Assembly: GCA_964421635.1 (NCBI GenBank)
Contig: CAYQWZ010000004.1
Coordinates: 15,652 to 79,651, forward strand
DNA length: 64,000 nt
Direction: 5' to 3'
Origin: an uncultured Candidatus Saccharibacteria bacterium
GTDB lineage: Bacteria; Patescibacteriota; UBA1384; CAILIB01; JAUSJZ01
Of this stretch, positions 27,587 through 38,280 are shown piece by piece. The position numbers and the translations under genes are program-made. The notes under the pieces were generated by a model. It had not been told where the DNA came from. It saw only the letters and a list, made by a program, of their open reading frames with translations, and searched no databases. Position 1 is the stretch's first letter; each line of letters opens with the position of its first letter.

Positions 27587-28934
27587 AATTTTTTATCATA
27601 ATTTTACCCGTTACGGCGCTGGTAATAAGCGCCTGTCGGTATTCTCGCAGTTTTTCAATCTGCATTTCTACTTTTTTCATCATCCCATCAATCTTTGCAC
27701 TTTCGTGGTCAATATAGTCAGCAATCTCTTTTTGCAGTGAATAAGGTGGCAATGTGATAATCAAATTTTCAATGACACCCATGCCAATATTTTGTTGCGT
27801 TCCATATGACCATGAAAACTCTACTTGATCATGAAATAATTTACTCAACAAAGAGTAAAATAAAAATATATATTGTGATTTCTTCTCATCCGCTCTAATC
27901 AGTGCCAAAGGTGACCAAATACTAAATTCAAAATCCACCTCAACTATTGCTATATTGCCGGTAGTAGCTCCGGATTTGATAAGAAAAATATCATTTTTTT
28001 GCGGTTTACATTTTTTTGAGTATAGTTTGTGAAGTTCCTCGGAAATAAAACCTCGTCTTAAATCAAAATTAATTTTTTCATTTTTTACAGCTTCGGCAGA
28101 AATAAAATTGACACCTTCGTCCAAAATTTCCGGGGTTTCGTGCGGGCCATCTGTGATTTTTATTCCTACAACTCGTTTAAGTGGTAAAGCCTGCCACCTT
28201 TCCGGAATATCACCCAGCCAGTCAATGCCGGAGGGTTTCATTTTTGCCTTCGGATCAAGGCCTTTGGTGACGGCGTGGGTGATGAGCGCTTGGCGTTTTT
28301 CTTTGAGAAGCGCCATCATCTTTTGCTTTTTCGCCACCATCTCATCAATTTTTGCCGTCTCACGGTCGAGAAAATCTGTGATCTGTTTCTGTTCATCCTT
28401 CGGAGGAGCAAATAAAAATGACTTACTTATAAATCCAGAATTCAATCCAGGTTGTGCCGAACCCCTCATTTCTAAAAATATTTGTTCTTGCCCAATCTTC
28501 GAGATTATAAAATAATATAAATATTTTGGAGTATTTTTATTGTTTGCTCTGATAATAAAAACATGTTCATTGACCGCAGCATCTTCCAAAAACGATTTAC
28601 CAATCAAAGCTGTTTTCCCAATAGTTGCGCCATCTTTAACTAATAAAACATCATTTTCTTTTATTTTACCTTGATTCATTTGGAGATAGTATTCTCGAGA
28701 AATGTATCTTGGATTCTCCAATAGTATTTCTCCATTCCATCCAACATGCTCACCGCCAATACTTAACACGCCACCGTCAAGATTGATGGATTCTGATTCA
28801 CGACCACCGCTTTGTAGTGGCTCTATAATATTTTTCAGCCGTTTCACTTCCCACCCAGTCGGAATATCGCCCAACCAGTCAATGCCGGAGGGTTTGTACT
28901 TGGAATATGTTTTGTATTTTGTCGCGGTTGTCAT
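27579..28934 (-). CDS. hsdS: Type I R-M specificity subunit
   Basis: Two KPSGIDWLGDIP conserved regions, two TRDs, RQALIT.AVT. Confidence 0.95.
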   Translation of the reverse strand: MTTATKYKTYSKYKPSGIDWLGDIPTGWEVKRLKNIIEPLQSGGRESESINLDGGVLSIGGEHVGWNGEILLENPRYISREYYLQMNQGKIKENDVLLVKDGATIGKTALIGKSFLEDAAVNEHVFIIRANNKNTPKYLYYFIISKIGQEQIFLEMRGSAQPGLNSGFISKSFLFAPPKDEQKQITDFLDRETAKIDEMVAKKQKMMALLKEKRQALITHAVTKGLDPKAKMKPSGIDWLGDIPERWQALPLKRVVGIKITDGPHETPEILDEGVNFISAEAVKNEKINFDLRRGFISEELHKLYSKKCKPQKNDIFLIKSGATTGNIAIVEVDFEFSIWSPLALIRADEKKSQYIFLFYSLLSKLFHDQVEFSWSYGTQQNIGMGVIENLIITLPPYSLQKEIADYIDHESAKIDGMMKKVEMQIEKLREYRQALITSAVTGKIMIKNYE

Positions 28935-28936
28935 AA

Positions 28937-30967
28937 TTAAATATCCATTAGCATTTTGGCGATTTCATCTTCCAGTTTTTTAATATCCCCGCCAATTTCA
29001 TCAAGCGGTCGCAAGGGTTTGTATTCATAAAAATAGCGCGTAAAACTAATCTCGTAGCCTACCTTGCCGATCTTGCCGTCTTTGTGATCGCAGTATTTCT
29101 TATCTTCGCTAATCCATGCGTCCGGCACATGTGGCAGGACTTCTCGCTTGAAATATTCGGTAATATCTTCGCCAAGCGAGACATTTTCATAATCGCGTAA
29201 ATCAACATCCGATTCAGGATTGCCTTTTTTGTCGGTAATGACATCGGCTGTTTCGTCGCGTTCGGAAAGACCTTTGAGAATGGCTTTTTTGACGGGAGCG
29301 TCTAGCTTAAGATTCGCTTTTTTGAAAGCTTGCTCTAATACTTCAATAAATTTTTCTTGATTTTTATAAAGTGTGTCGCCGATAGTGGCGAGTGTTTTCT
29401 GAATAGAAATTTGCAGAGCAAAACCGGCTTTTTCTTCTTCCAATTTTTTAAGCGGATCGCGCTTCTTGCTTTTAGCAAGATTTTAGAAAGTGGATTCGGC
29501 TTTCAGTCTTTCTAAACGCTCGGCGCTGGCTTGAAAATTAAGTTTGAGCGGGCGCTCAACGGTAATTTTGCGATAGCCAAAAAATTCATTCGGAAAGACT
29601 TTGACGATTTTACTTTTTTCGCCGTCCAAAGTAAGTTCGGTAATTTTTTGGATTTGTTCGTCAGAAATGACATTGCGTTTGTCGCCCAAGCTCTTGCGCA
29701 TTTTTTCGTAGAGATCAACTGCATTGATGAGTTTTACTTTACCCTTGTGATGATCTTTTTTGCGATTGGTCAGGACCCAAATATAGGTATGAATACCGGT
29801 ATTATAAAAAAGCTGGTTTGGTAGAGCAATGATTGTTTCCAGCCAGTCATTTTCAATAATCCAACGGCGAATTTCGCTTTCACCGCTTCCGGCATCTCCT
29901 GTAAAGAGTGGCGAACCATTCATAACAATCGCAATACGGCTTCCGCCGTTAGATGGTTTGATTTTAGTAAGCATTGTTTGCAGGAATAGCAATTGGCCGT
30001 CGCTAATTCGCGGAAGGCCGGCGCCGAATCGACCTTGAAAGCCGAACTCCGCTTCTTTTTCAATTTCTTTTTGATCTTTTTTCCATTCCTTGCCGTAAGG
30101 CGGATTGGAAAGCATATAATCAAAGGTTTCGCCAAAGAGATGATCGTGTGAAAGAGTGGAGCCAAATTTTATATTGTCAGCATTTTCGCCTTTGATCAGT
30201 AAGTCAGATTTAGCAACGGCGAAAGTTTCCGGATTTACTTCTTGACCAAACATTTCTACTTGAGCAGTATCATTTACGCTTTCCAAAATCCATTTTTTGG
30301 CTTCGGTAAGCATGCCACCGCTTCCGCAGGCCGGATCGTAAATTGTTTTAATAATGCGTTGTTTTTTCAAAATTTCCATGTCCGGCGAAAACAACAGATT
30401 GACCATCAGGCGGATAATTTCGCGCGGAGTAAAATGTTCTCCGGGATTTTCATTTGACGCTTCGTTAAACTTGCGAATCAATTCCTCAAAAACATAACCC
30501 ATTGCCAGATTGCTCACGCAATCTGGGTGCATTTCAACTTCGCTGAATTTTTCTATGACTTGATAGGTAAGATTGGCTTCTTCGAGTTTTTTTATTTGAC
30601 TTGAAAAATCAAATTTATCAAAAATTTCTCGCATTAGAGGGCTATATGCATTAAGGTACAAATTTAGATTTTTACCAATATTTTTTGGATCGTCTAAAAG
30701 TTTTTTGAAATCGTATTGTGAAGTATTATAAAAATTGTATCCGCTGGCTTTTTTTAAAATTCCGTCCATAGCTTCCAACCTACCTTTGTATTTTTCATAC
30801 TTTACCAACACATCAGCTTTAGTGTCTTCAAGCGCGGCATCAAGACGGCGCAGGACAGTAAGTGGTAAAATAACATCCGGATATTTCGCACGCTTAAAGT
30901 CATCACGTAAAAGGTTGGCGATGCTCCAGATGAAATTGACGATTTGTTGGTGATTAATTTCATTCAT
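28937..30967 (-). pseudogene. hsdM: Type I R-M methyltransferase interrupted by one in-frame TAA at 29483-29485
   Basis: GEHFTPREII, YDPACGSGGML, NPPYG; the frame continues AESTF*NLAKSKKRDPLKKLEEEK into the 168-aa ORF ending GYEISFTRYFY. Confidence 0.88.
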
Positions 30968-31072
30968 ACAACAAACTACTTAAGGTTTTAATAATTTCAT
31001 AATTTCTCCATACTTGCATGTGTTAATGAATCTGCTCTACTATACCCGTTATTAACCTGTGAATCAACCTTT

Positions 31073-32860
31073 CTACCCAACAATCTCCAACAACTTCTCA
31101 ACCTCAATAACATTCTCTGTCTGGTTTCTCTTAATCTCTTCGGCGAAGTCTTTGAGGTCTTCTCGAACATTTGGTGAAGCTATTAGTTTATTGCTGGCGG
31201 CTTCTTTGTCACCCACTACTAGCACTAGCGGAACTTTGGCTAGCTTGGCCGCGCGAATCTTCTTACCAATGGTTTCGCTACTGTCATCTATCTCGACATA
31301 CAGGTTAGCTTCGTTTAATTTAGCAGCTACTTTCATAGCATAGTCTGCTACTTTATCTGAAACAGTAATAATTCTAATTTGCTCAGGCGATAGCCAGAAC
31401 GGAAACTTGCCCCCATAATGCTCAATTAGAATACTCATAAACCGCTCCACTGAACCTAAAATAGCGCGATGAATCATTATTGGTCGTTTGGCTTCCCCAT
31501 CTTTATCTATGTACTCTAGCTCAAACCGAGCTGGCATATTGGTATCGTACTGGATTGTCGCTAACTGCCACTTACGACCTAGTGCATCTGTACTGACAAA
31601 ATCTATCTTTGGCCCGTAAAAGGCTGCTTCTCCTTCGTCTTTGACAAAACTGCCTTTGGCTCGCTCTTGCAGCACTTCTTCTAATACTGCTTCTGCTTCT
31701 GCCCATTCTTCTTTATTGCCTAAATATTTGTCAGGTTCATTAGGGTCAGATAAAGATAAATGAGGATCAATCTTAATATCGAACTGTTTATAGAAAGCTT
31801 CAATAATATCGTACAAAGACATTACCTCTGCTTTCACCTGATCAGCGGTACAAAAAACATGACCATCGTCTTGGGTGAGGGCTCGCACTCTAGATAATCC
31901 TTGCAGCTCGCCGGGTTGCTCGTCACGGTAAACCGTCGTTACTTCAGAATATCTAATTGGTAAATCTTTATAGCTGCGCGGCTGGGAAGCATAAATTTGG
32001 GTGTGGTGCGGACAGTTCATTGGCTTCATTACAAACTCTGCCTTAGATTTGCCTTTGACATGAAAAAGATCGTCTTTAAATTTATCCCAATGGCCCGAAA
32101 CTTTGTACAAATCTGCTTTAGCAATGTGCGGAATAAAAACTTTATCGAACGGTCGTTTACATTTCTTGTTCTGTAATTCGTCAATAAAATTTACCAGCGC
32201 TTCACGAATGCGCGTGCCTTTAGGGGTGAACATAGGTAATCCTGACCCTACTAATTTCGAGAAAGTGAATAAGTCTAACTCTTTACCAAGCTTTCGATGA
32301 TCTCGCTTTAACGCCTCTTCTTGGCGGTTTAAATAAACTTTCAACTCTTTTTTGGTACCGAAAGCTACCCCATAAATTCTCTGCAACATCTGATTATCTT
32401 CATCGCCCCGCCAGTAAGCACCCGAAATATCTGTTAGTTTAAACGCATCTACTGGAATCTCTGAAGTATTCTGCACATGACTGCCTTTGCATAAATCTGT
32501 AAATAATTCTTTATCACCCTGTTTCGTCACATAGAAGGATAACTCTTTTTCGCCAATATGGGCGAGCTCTTCAATTAATTCCTTTTTGAAAATCTTATCG
32601 CCGCTCTTCGCCCAATCTAGCGCCTCGTTAATAGGCACATTTTTCTTTATAAACTCTAGTTTCTGGCTCACTAACTGCCGCATCTTATTTTGTATATTCT
32701 CAAGGTCCTCCGGCACTAAGGTACGCGGCAAATCGAAATCATAGTAAAAGCCATCTTCAATAGTTGGGCCAATGGCTAATTTGGCTTCTGGAAACATATC
32801 TAAAACTGCCATGGCTAAAATATGCGCAAGTGAGTGTCGAATATTCTCTATTTGTTTCAT
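31073..32860 (-). CDS. thrS: Threonyl-tRNA synthetase
   Basis: RHSLAH, GAYWRGD, RDHRKLG, KPMNCPHH, AFYGPKID, IHRAILGSVERF. Confidence 0.98.
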   Translation of the reverse strand: MKQIENIRHSLAHILAMAVLDMFPEAKLAIGPTIEDGFYYDFDLPRTLVPEDLENIQNKMRQLVSQKLEFIKKNVPINEALDWAKSGDKIFKKELIEELAHIGEKELSFYVTKQGDKELFTDLCKGSHVQNTSEIPVDAFKLTDISGAYWRGDEDNQMLQRIYGVAFGTKKELKVYLNRQEEALKRDHRKLGKELDLFTFSKLVGSGLPMFTPKGTRIREALVNFIDELQNKKCKRPFDKVFIPHIAKADLYKVSGHWDKFKDDLFHVKGKSKAEFVMKPMNCPHHTQIYASQPRSYKDLPIRYSEVTTVYRDEQPGELQGLSRVRALTQDDGHVFCTADQVKAEVMSLYDIIEAFYKQFDIKIDPHLSLSDPNEPDKYLGNKEEWAEAEAVLEEVLQERAKGSFVKDEGEAAFYGPKIDFVSTDALGRKWQLATIQYDTNMPARFELEYIDKDGEAKRPIMIHRAILGSVERFMSILIEHYGGKFPFWLSPEQIRIITVSDKVADYAMKVAAKLNEANLYVEIDDSSETIGKKIRAAKLAKVPLVLVVGDKEAASNKLIASPNVREDLKDFAEEIKRNQTENVIEVEKLLEIVG

Positions 32861-32875
32861 GATATATCTTTACTT

Positions 32876-33006
32876 ATAAAAAAATGCCCATTATTTGCAG
32901 GACCCTTTTGGGCGGTTCCACCTGCATTCCAATGTGGCACTCTCTCGTTATTTCAGGCAACGATTCCTGTGATGCTCAGAAGTTGGTGAGTCTTCTTCAG
33001 CGCATC
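32876..33006 (-). promoter_or_regulatory. T-box riboswitch (Thr, ACC specifier) upstream of thrS
   Basis: Antiterminator TGCAGG-TGGAACC-GCCC aaaa GGGT-CCTGCA; alternative terminator GCCC...GGGC plus U-run; short stem I with ACC in its loop. Confidence 0.85.
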
Positions 33007-33036
33007 TTAAATTGTAATCCTATAATAACCCAAGGA

Positions 33037-34263
33037 CTAAACCTTATCAAGTCTTGCTCGTAATTTGGTTACTTGTTTGGCTGTTTCTTTGTCGGTCACT
33101 TCGTTGGCCAAAAACTGAATCATTAACTGCGCCAGCTCTCGAGTCCAGTGCTCGTCTGCTCCTAGTGTAGTGATAGCTGCTGTTCCCAATCTTATGCCAG
33201 AAGGATTCATAGGACTATTTGTATCGTACGGAATCAAATTGGCGTTAATAATAATGCCAACCCCTTCAAGCTTCTCTTGAACTTCTTTACCATTGAGTTT
33301 TTTATGACTGACATCGATTAAAACTAAATGCGTGTCTGTACCGCCAGAAATTACAATGTATCCAGCAGTGCTAAATTCAAAAGCCATTACTTCTGCATTC
33401 TTTTTGACCTGCTTAATATATTTTTTGAACGCTGGCTTAGCTGCTTCATAAAAAGCTACTGCTTTTGCAGCTATCTGATTACCGTGCGGCCCACCCTGAA
33501 TACCGGGGAACACTGCCTTGTTAATAACTTGGGCGATATCTTTTTTAGCTAAAATTATTGCTCCGCGTGGACCCCGTAATGTTTTATGAGTTGTAGTCAT
33601 TACTACATCGGCAAACGGAATGGCATTCTGATGCTCCCCTGCCACTATTAAACCTGCAATATGAGAAATATCGGCCAGCAATTTTGCGCCAACACTTTTG
33701 GCAATTTGGCCGAAGCGTTCAAAATCAATTTCACGCGGATAAGCAGAAGCGCCCGCAATAATTAGCTTTGGCTTCTCTTTTTTAGCAATCTCTTCAACTT
33801 CACGATAATTAATTTTATCGGAGTATTTGTTCACTTCGTAATAGCAGATATTGTACAGCTGCCCAGCTAATGACATTTTGTGCCCGTGCGACAAATGCCC
33901 GCCGGAATCTAGCTTCATAGCCAATATCTTGTCATTTGGTTTTAGTAGCGCCGAGTAGATTGCCAAGTTGGCTGGAGAGCCCGAAAGAGGTTGAACATTC
34001 ACTTCCCAATTAGACTGATATTTTTTAGGAACAAATAAATTAAGAGCTCTGCTCTGCGCCAAAGCTTCAATTTCGTCAAAGTTCTTGTTTCCCGCATAGT
34101 AACGCTTGCCAACTGAGCCTTCTGCATATTTATTAATTAAGCTCGACGCCTGCGCCGAAATGACATCTTGCGAAACAATATTTTCGGATGCAATTAAAGG
34201 AATCTGCGCATTAATACGCGCGTCTTCATTTTTAATAATCTGTTCGACTTTTTTATCTTTCAT
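33037..34263 (-). CDS. glyA: Serine hydroxymethyltransferase
   Basis: LIASEN, NKYAEG, GGHLSHG, TTTHKTLRGPRG. Confidence 0.98.
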   Translation of the reverse strand: MKDKKVEQIIKNEDARINAQIPLIASENIVSQDVISAQASSLINKYAEGSVGKRYYAGNKNFDEIEALAQSRALNLFVPKKYQSNWEVNVQPLSGSPANLAIYSALLKPNDKILAMKLDSGGHLSHGHKMSLAGQLYNICYYEVNKYSDKINYREVEEIAKKEKPKLIIAGASAYPREIDFERFGQIAKSVGAKLLADISHIAGLIVAGEHQNAIPFADVVMTTTHKTLRGPRGAIILAKKDIAQVINKAVFPGIQGGPHGNQIAAKAVAFYEAAKPAFKKYIKQVKKNAEVMAFEFSTAGYIVISGGTDTHLVLIDVSHKKLNGKEVQEKLEGVGIIINANLIPYDTNSPMNPSGIRLGTAAITTLGADEHWTRELAQLMIQFLANEVTDKETAKQVTKLRARLDKV

Positions 34264-35054
34264 TTTTTGACGGCCTCTACCACATTCCGCATCAGCAAAC
34301 TGATTGTTAACGGCCCAACCCCACCTTTTTGGGGAGTCATTGCTTCAGCGTATCCTTCGAGTTTTTTATGATTTATCTCATTACCGGCTGCAATTATTGT
34401 CGCACCTTCTTGTACAAATTTGTCATCTAAAAAAGGATTGGCGCAATTTGTTCCACAGATAATCACCTGACTGTTGAAAATCTTTTTGTTTAAATTTTTG
34501 TCCTTGTCGTCTGTGACAGCAATTTTGATTTTTTCTTTTTGCGCTAATTTTTTTATTGGTTGGCCGACTAGTAGCCCTTTGCCGATTACGGTTGCCCCAT
34601 TAATTTGTACTTTGTGCTCATGACAAAGCTGCATAATAGCATCGGCTGTGGTAGGTAGAAATCCTTTTTTGCCGTCGTATCCAAACCCATCAACATCCTT
34701 TTTGATATCTATTTTAGCAGCTAATTTCTTTACTTCTGCAAGGCTCCACTTTTTGGGCAACGGCAGCTGCATAATTATTCCGTGGATTTCGTCATCCTTA
34801 TTTAAAAACTCAATTGCTGTCTCAATCTCTTTTTTGTCGGCAATGGCGGGAATGTTGTAGACGCTAAAAATTATGCCTAACTCCTTGGCTCTTTTTTTCT
34901 TCAGCTTTATGAATAGAGAATCAATTTTTGAGCCAACCACAATTACTGCCAAATGCGGATTAATCCCTTTCTTCAGCAATCCTAAAACAGTTTTCATTGT
35001 CTGGTCGTCAATCTGTCTAACCAAATTGTCAGATCTAATTTCAGTTGTTTTCAC
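34260..35054 (-). CDS. folD: Methylenetetrahydrofolate dehydrogenase/cyclohydrolase
   Basis: GIIMQLPLP, KDVDG, GGVGPLTI. Confidence 0.9.
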   Translation of the reverse strand: MKTTEIRSDNLVRQIDDQTMKTVLGLLKKGINPHLAVIVVGSKIDSLFIKLKKKRAKELGIIFSVYNIPAIADKKEIETAIEFLNKDDEIHGIIMQLPLPKKWSLAEVKKLAAKIDIKKDVDGFGYDGKKGFLPTTADAIMQLCHEHKVQINGATVIGKGLLVGQPIKKLAQKEKIKIAVTDDKDKNLNKKIFNSQVIICGTNCANPFLDDKFVQEGATIIAAGNEINHKKLEGYAEAMTPQKGGVGPLTISLLMRNVVEAVKK

Positions 35055-35134
35055 CTGTCTATATATATCATCTTTTTGTCCTTCTGTTAACCCCCTATTG
35101 CTAAAAACACCCCAGATTGGTACTGTTTAATTGA

Positions 35135-35300
35135 TTGAAGGTAGGTTTTTGTTTATTTTGGGTCATAGAAACCTTATTGTTTAGAAGACAATCTATGATT
35201 GGCTTCCTGCCTGCCGGCAGGCAGGCGTAAGGAGGAGACTCACGAAGTGAGGCTCTGGGAATTTGTGCCCGACGCAAAATGAACAAAAATCTACTTTTAA
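35135..35300 (+). ncRNA. Candidate structured RNA or repeat element 5' of tRNA-Val
   Basis: 26-bp closing stem whose G-U pairs work on + only; three internal hairpins, one being the palindrome cctgcctgccggcaggcagg. Confidence 0.45.
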
Positions 35301-35304
35301 CAAT

Positions 35305-35381
35305 GGGTGCGTAGCTCAGCTGGTTAGAGCGTCTGCTTGACATGCAGGAGGTCAGAGGTTCAAGTCCTCTCGTACCCACCA
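35305..35381 (+). tRNA. tRNA-Val(GAC)
   Basis: GGGTGCG/CGTACCC acceptor; anticodon loop TT GAC AT; CCA end. Confidence 0.95.
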
Positions 35382-37600
35382 AAATCAAACTGTAATTTAT
35401 CTCCTTTGTCTTTGGTTACACTAACCGTCATTTTCTGGTTTTCTTCCTCCTCCGTTTTTTGCTCTATTAATTTCGAGGCTAACTGATCTAAAATTTTCTC
35501 TTGAATAACGCGCTTTATTGGTCGTGCACCGAATAACGGGTCAAAGCCAATTTTTACAATCCAGTCGATAACTTTGTCGTCTACGCTTAATTTTATTTTC
35601 TTTGGCTTTAAGCGCTGCTGCACTTCTTTTATTTGCAACTTAGTAATCTCTTTTATTTCTGCTTTTGATAAAGGATTAAAAACAATTATGTGATCAACTC
35701 GATTAATAAACTCTGGCTTAAACTCTTTCTTTAATTGGTCTAATACTTTCTTTTTTGTGTCATTAAACTCTTTCTTCTCTTTACTATCGGCGCCGTCTGA
35801 AAATCCTATCGCTTGAGCGTTCAGCGCTTCTGTACCAATATTTGAAGTCATAATAATAATGGTATTTTTGAAGTTAACCACTCGCCCTTTTGCATCTGTT
35901 AGCCGGCCATCGTCAAGCACTTGTAGTAACACATTGAAAACATCTGGAGATGCTTTCTCAATCTCATCGAACAGAACTACACTGTATGGCTTTCGGCGAA
36001 CCTTCTCTGTTAACTGCCCACCCTCTTCGTAACCAATGTAGCCCGGAGGAGCACCGACTAACTTGGCTGCTGAATGCCGCTCCATATATTCGCTCATATC
36101 TACTCGAATAATTGCTTCCTCGTCATCGAACAGCTGTCTGGCAATAGTCTTGGCTAATTCAGTTTTACCAACTCCCGTTGGTCCTAAAAAGATAAATGAA
36201 CCAATTGGTCTTTGCTCTTCGTTTACACCTGCTCGCGACCGACGGATGGCGTTGGCTACCGCCGCTATAGCATCAGCCTGCCCAACAACATCTGCCGATA
36301 ATTCGTCTTCAAGATTAATTAATTTCTCAGCTTCTGAGGCCAACATGCGTTTAACGGGCACTCCCGTCCATTTAGAAACAACGGATGCAATATCTTCTTC
36401 TGTAATTTCTTCTTTCAGCAGTTTTGAGTCTTGAGGAATTTTTCGCAAAAATTTGCTCTGCTCTTCGAGCTGATCTTTCAAACTTGGAATCTTCTGATAT
36501 TTCAGCTGAGCCACTTTGGCTAAATCTCCTTCACGCTCTAATCGCTCAATGCTAGCCCGCGCTTGGTCAAGCTCAGATTTGAACTCCCGAATTTTACTGA
36601 TCACTTCTCGCTCTGCTTTCCACTGCGTTTCAATTGGCTCAATCTCTTCTTTTAACACAGCCACTTCTTTTACTAATTCCGCTCGTCGTTCTCGGCTTTC
36701 CGCATCCTTCTCTTTAGATAGGGCCTCTTGCTCAATTTCTAACTGCAATAATTTTCTTTTTAAGTTATATAAATTTTCAGGCTCGCTCTCGATGTCAATT
36801 CTCAAACCAGATGTTGCCTCGTCAATTAAATCGACTGCTTTGTCAGGTAAAAATCGGTCTGAAATATATCTGTTGGAAAGTTCCGCGGCAGCTACAATGG
36901 CTGAATCTGAAATACGAACTCCTTGGTGAAGCTCATACTTTTCTTTTAATCCACGAAGGATGGCAATAGTGTCGTCAACCGTTGGCTCTAAAACCTTGAC
37001 CGGCTGAAAGCGGCGCTCAAGGGCGGTATCTTTCTCAATGTGTTTCTGATATTCCTTAAGCGTGGTGGCGCCAATCATTCTTAACTGCCCTCTAGCCAAA
37101 AATGGCTTTAACATGTTAGCGGCATCTAAACTGCCTTCTTGAGCGCCCGCCCCAATTAAGGTGTGTAGTTCATCTAAAAACATTATGTAGCGCTCCGGCT
37201 CCGCCGTAATCTCTTTCAAAATAGCTTTAATGCGAGCTTCAAATTCGCCGCGAAAAGCACTGCCCGCCATAATTGAGCCCAAATCTAGGGCGACAATTGA
37301 TTTATTCTTTAGCATATCTGGTACATCTCCAGCCACAATTCTCTGGGCCAATCCTTCTACTATGGCTGTTTTTCCAACCCCCGGCTCCCCTATTAGCACC
37401 GGATTATTTTTTGTACGACGCGAAATTACTTGCATTACTCGACGGATTTCTTCATCTCGCCCAATAACTGGGTCGAGCTCGCCATTCTTTGCTTTTTCAG
37501 TTAAATCAATGGTGAAAACATCTAGTGCGGTTTTTTGATCAACCTGAATTCCAGGTGGAAATACTCCTCCTGGTCCCATAGGTGCCCCTGGTATGTTCAT
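35360..37600 (-). CDS. clpB: ClpB-like AAA+ chaperone lacking the N-terminal Clp_N domain
   Basis: [21 protein letters not shown], long coiled-coil M domain, [13 protein letters not shown]. Confidence 0.93.
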   Translation of the reverse strand: MNIPGAPMGPGGVFPPGIQVDQKTALDVFTIDLTEKAKNGELDPVIGRDEEIRRVMQVISRRTKNNPVLIGEPGVGKTAIVEGLAQRIVAGDVPDMLKNKSIVALDLGSIMAGSAFRGEFEARIKAILKEITAEPERYIMFLDELHTLIGAGAQEGSLDAANMLKPFLARGQLRMIGATTLKEYQKHIEKDTALERRFQPVKVLEPTVDDTIAILRGLKEKYELHQGVRISDSAIVAAAELSNRYISDRFLPDKAVDLIDEATSGLRIDIESEPENLYNLKRKLLQLEIEQEALSKEKDAESRERRAELVKEVAVLKEEIEPIETQWKAEREVISKIREFKSELDQARASIERLEREGDLAKVAQLKYQKIPSLKDQLEEQSKFLRKIPQDSKLLKEEITEEDIASVVSKWTGVPVKRMLASEAEKLINLEDELSADVVGQADAIAAVANAIRRSRAGVNEEQRPIGSFIFLGPTGVGKTELAKTIARQLFDDEEAIIRVDMSEYMERHSAAKLVGAPPGYIGYEEGGQLTEKVRRKPYSVVLFDEIEKASPDVFNVLLQVLDDGRLTDAKGRVVNFKNTIIIMTSNIGTEALNAQAIGFSDGADSKEKKEFNDTKKKVLDQLKKEFKPEFINRVDHIIVFNPLSKAEIKEITKLQIKEVQQRLKPKKIKLSVDDKVIDWIVKIGFDPLFGARPIKRVIQEKILDQLASKLIEQKTEEEENQKMTVSVTKDKGDKLQFDFGGYERT

Positions 37601-37605
37601 AAAGT

Positions 37606-38196
37606 TTAGTTTACTTTTAGCTTCCTGACTTTGTGTTTTAAGATAGGCATTTTAACAGTCAATATACCGTTTTCAAAATTGGCAGTAGATCTACTAGGGA
37701 TAACGGTTAGAGGCAGATTAACTACCCTGTCAAAACTAGCGGCGGTAATCTCTCTCAAGTAGTATGTCGGCAAATCTACATCTGGTTTAATTTTACCCTT
37801 TATTTGCACCTTATAGTTGCCAACCTCAACATCTATCTCTTTCTCATTATATCCAGCCAGATTAGCCTGCATAACTAAAACATTCTCAACCTTTTTCAAA
37901 TTGACTCTAGGCCAAGATATACAATCACTTATCGCATGCTGGTCTTGCTCAATATTTTGGCTGGAATTTTCCGCAATTTGGCTAGAATCTTCCGCAATTA
38001 GTTCAGAAATTGTGAGCGAAAAAACCTCCGCCATCTGCATAGCTAGTGGTAAGGATGGCAGATATTTGCCACTTTCAAGTGCAATAATGGATTGTCGAGA
38101 AATACCCAAAGTATCTGCTAGTGCTTCTTGGGTCAATAGTTGGTCTTTTCGTAAATCCTTAATTCTTAAATGGATAGTTATCGGTTTTAAATTCAT
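37606..38196 (-). CDS. XRE-family HTH / Hsp20 (alpha-crystallin) fusion protein
   Basis: N-terminal LTQEALADTLGISRQSIIALESGKYLPSL; C-terminal PRVNL..ANLAG..FDRVVNLP..ANFENGILTVKMP. Confidence 0.88.
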   Translation of the reverse strand: MNLKPITIHLRIKDLRKDQLLTQEALADTLGISRQSIIALESGKYLPSLPLAMQMAEVFSLTISELIAEDSSQIAENSSQNIEQDQHAISDCISWPRVNLKKVENVLVMQANLAGYNEKEIDVEVGNYKVQIKGKIKPDVDLPTYYLREITAASFDRVVNLPLTVIPSRSTANFENGILTVKMPILKHKVRKLKVN

Positions 38197-38202
38197 ATCT
38201 GT

Positions 38203-38231
38203 AATGTAAAGTCTACTTTACATTTTGTCAA
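38203..38231 (-). promoter_or_regulatory. Promoter with overlapping operator palindrome
   Basis: TTGACA-17-TACATT-6 nt-ATG; perfect inverted repeat aatgtaaagt-ct-actttacatt at 38203-38224. Confidence 0.85.
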
Positions 38232-38280
38232 GTTTATGGTATGATATTTAAGGTGGATTGATCCACTAACTGAACAACAT

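Noticed and set aside
28204-28893. 34-bp direct repeat in hsdS as a phase-variation site
   Set aside because: It is the normal duplicated conserved region of HsdS; no second hsdS or invertase seen.
29483-29485. Alternative genetic code explaining the hsdM stop
   Set aside because: TAA, TAG and TGA all terminate conserved genes normally elsewhere in the window.
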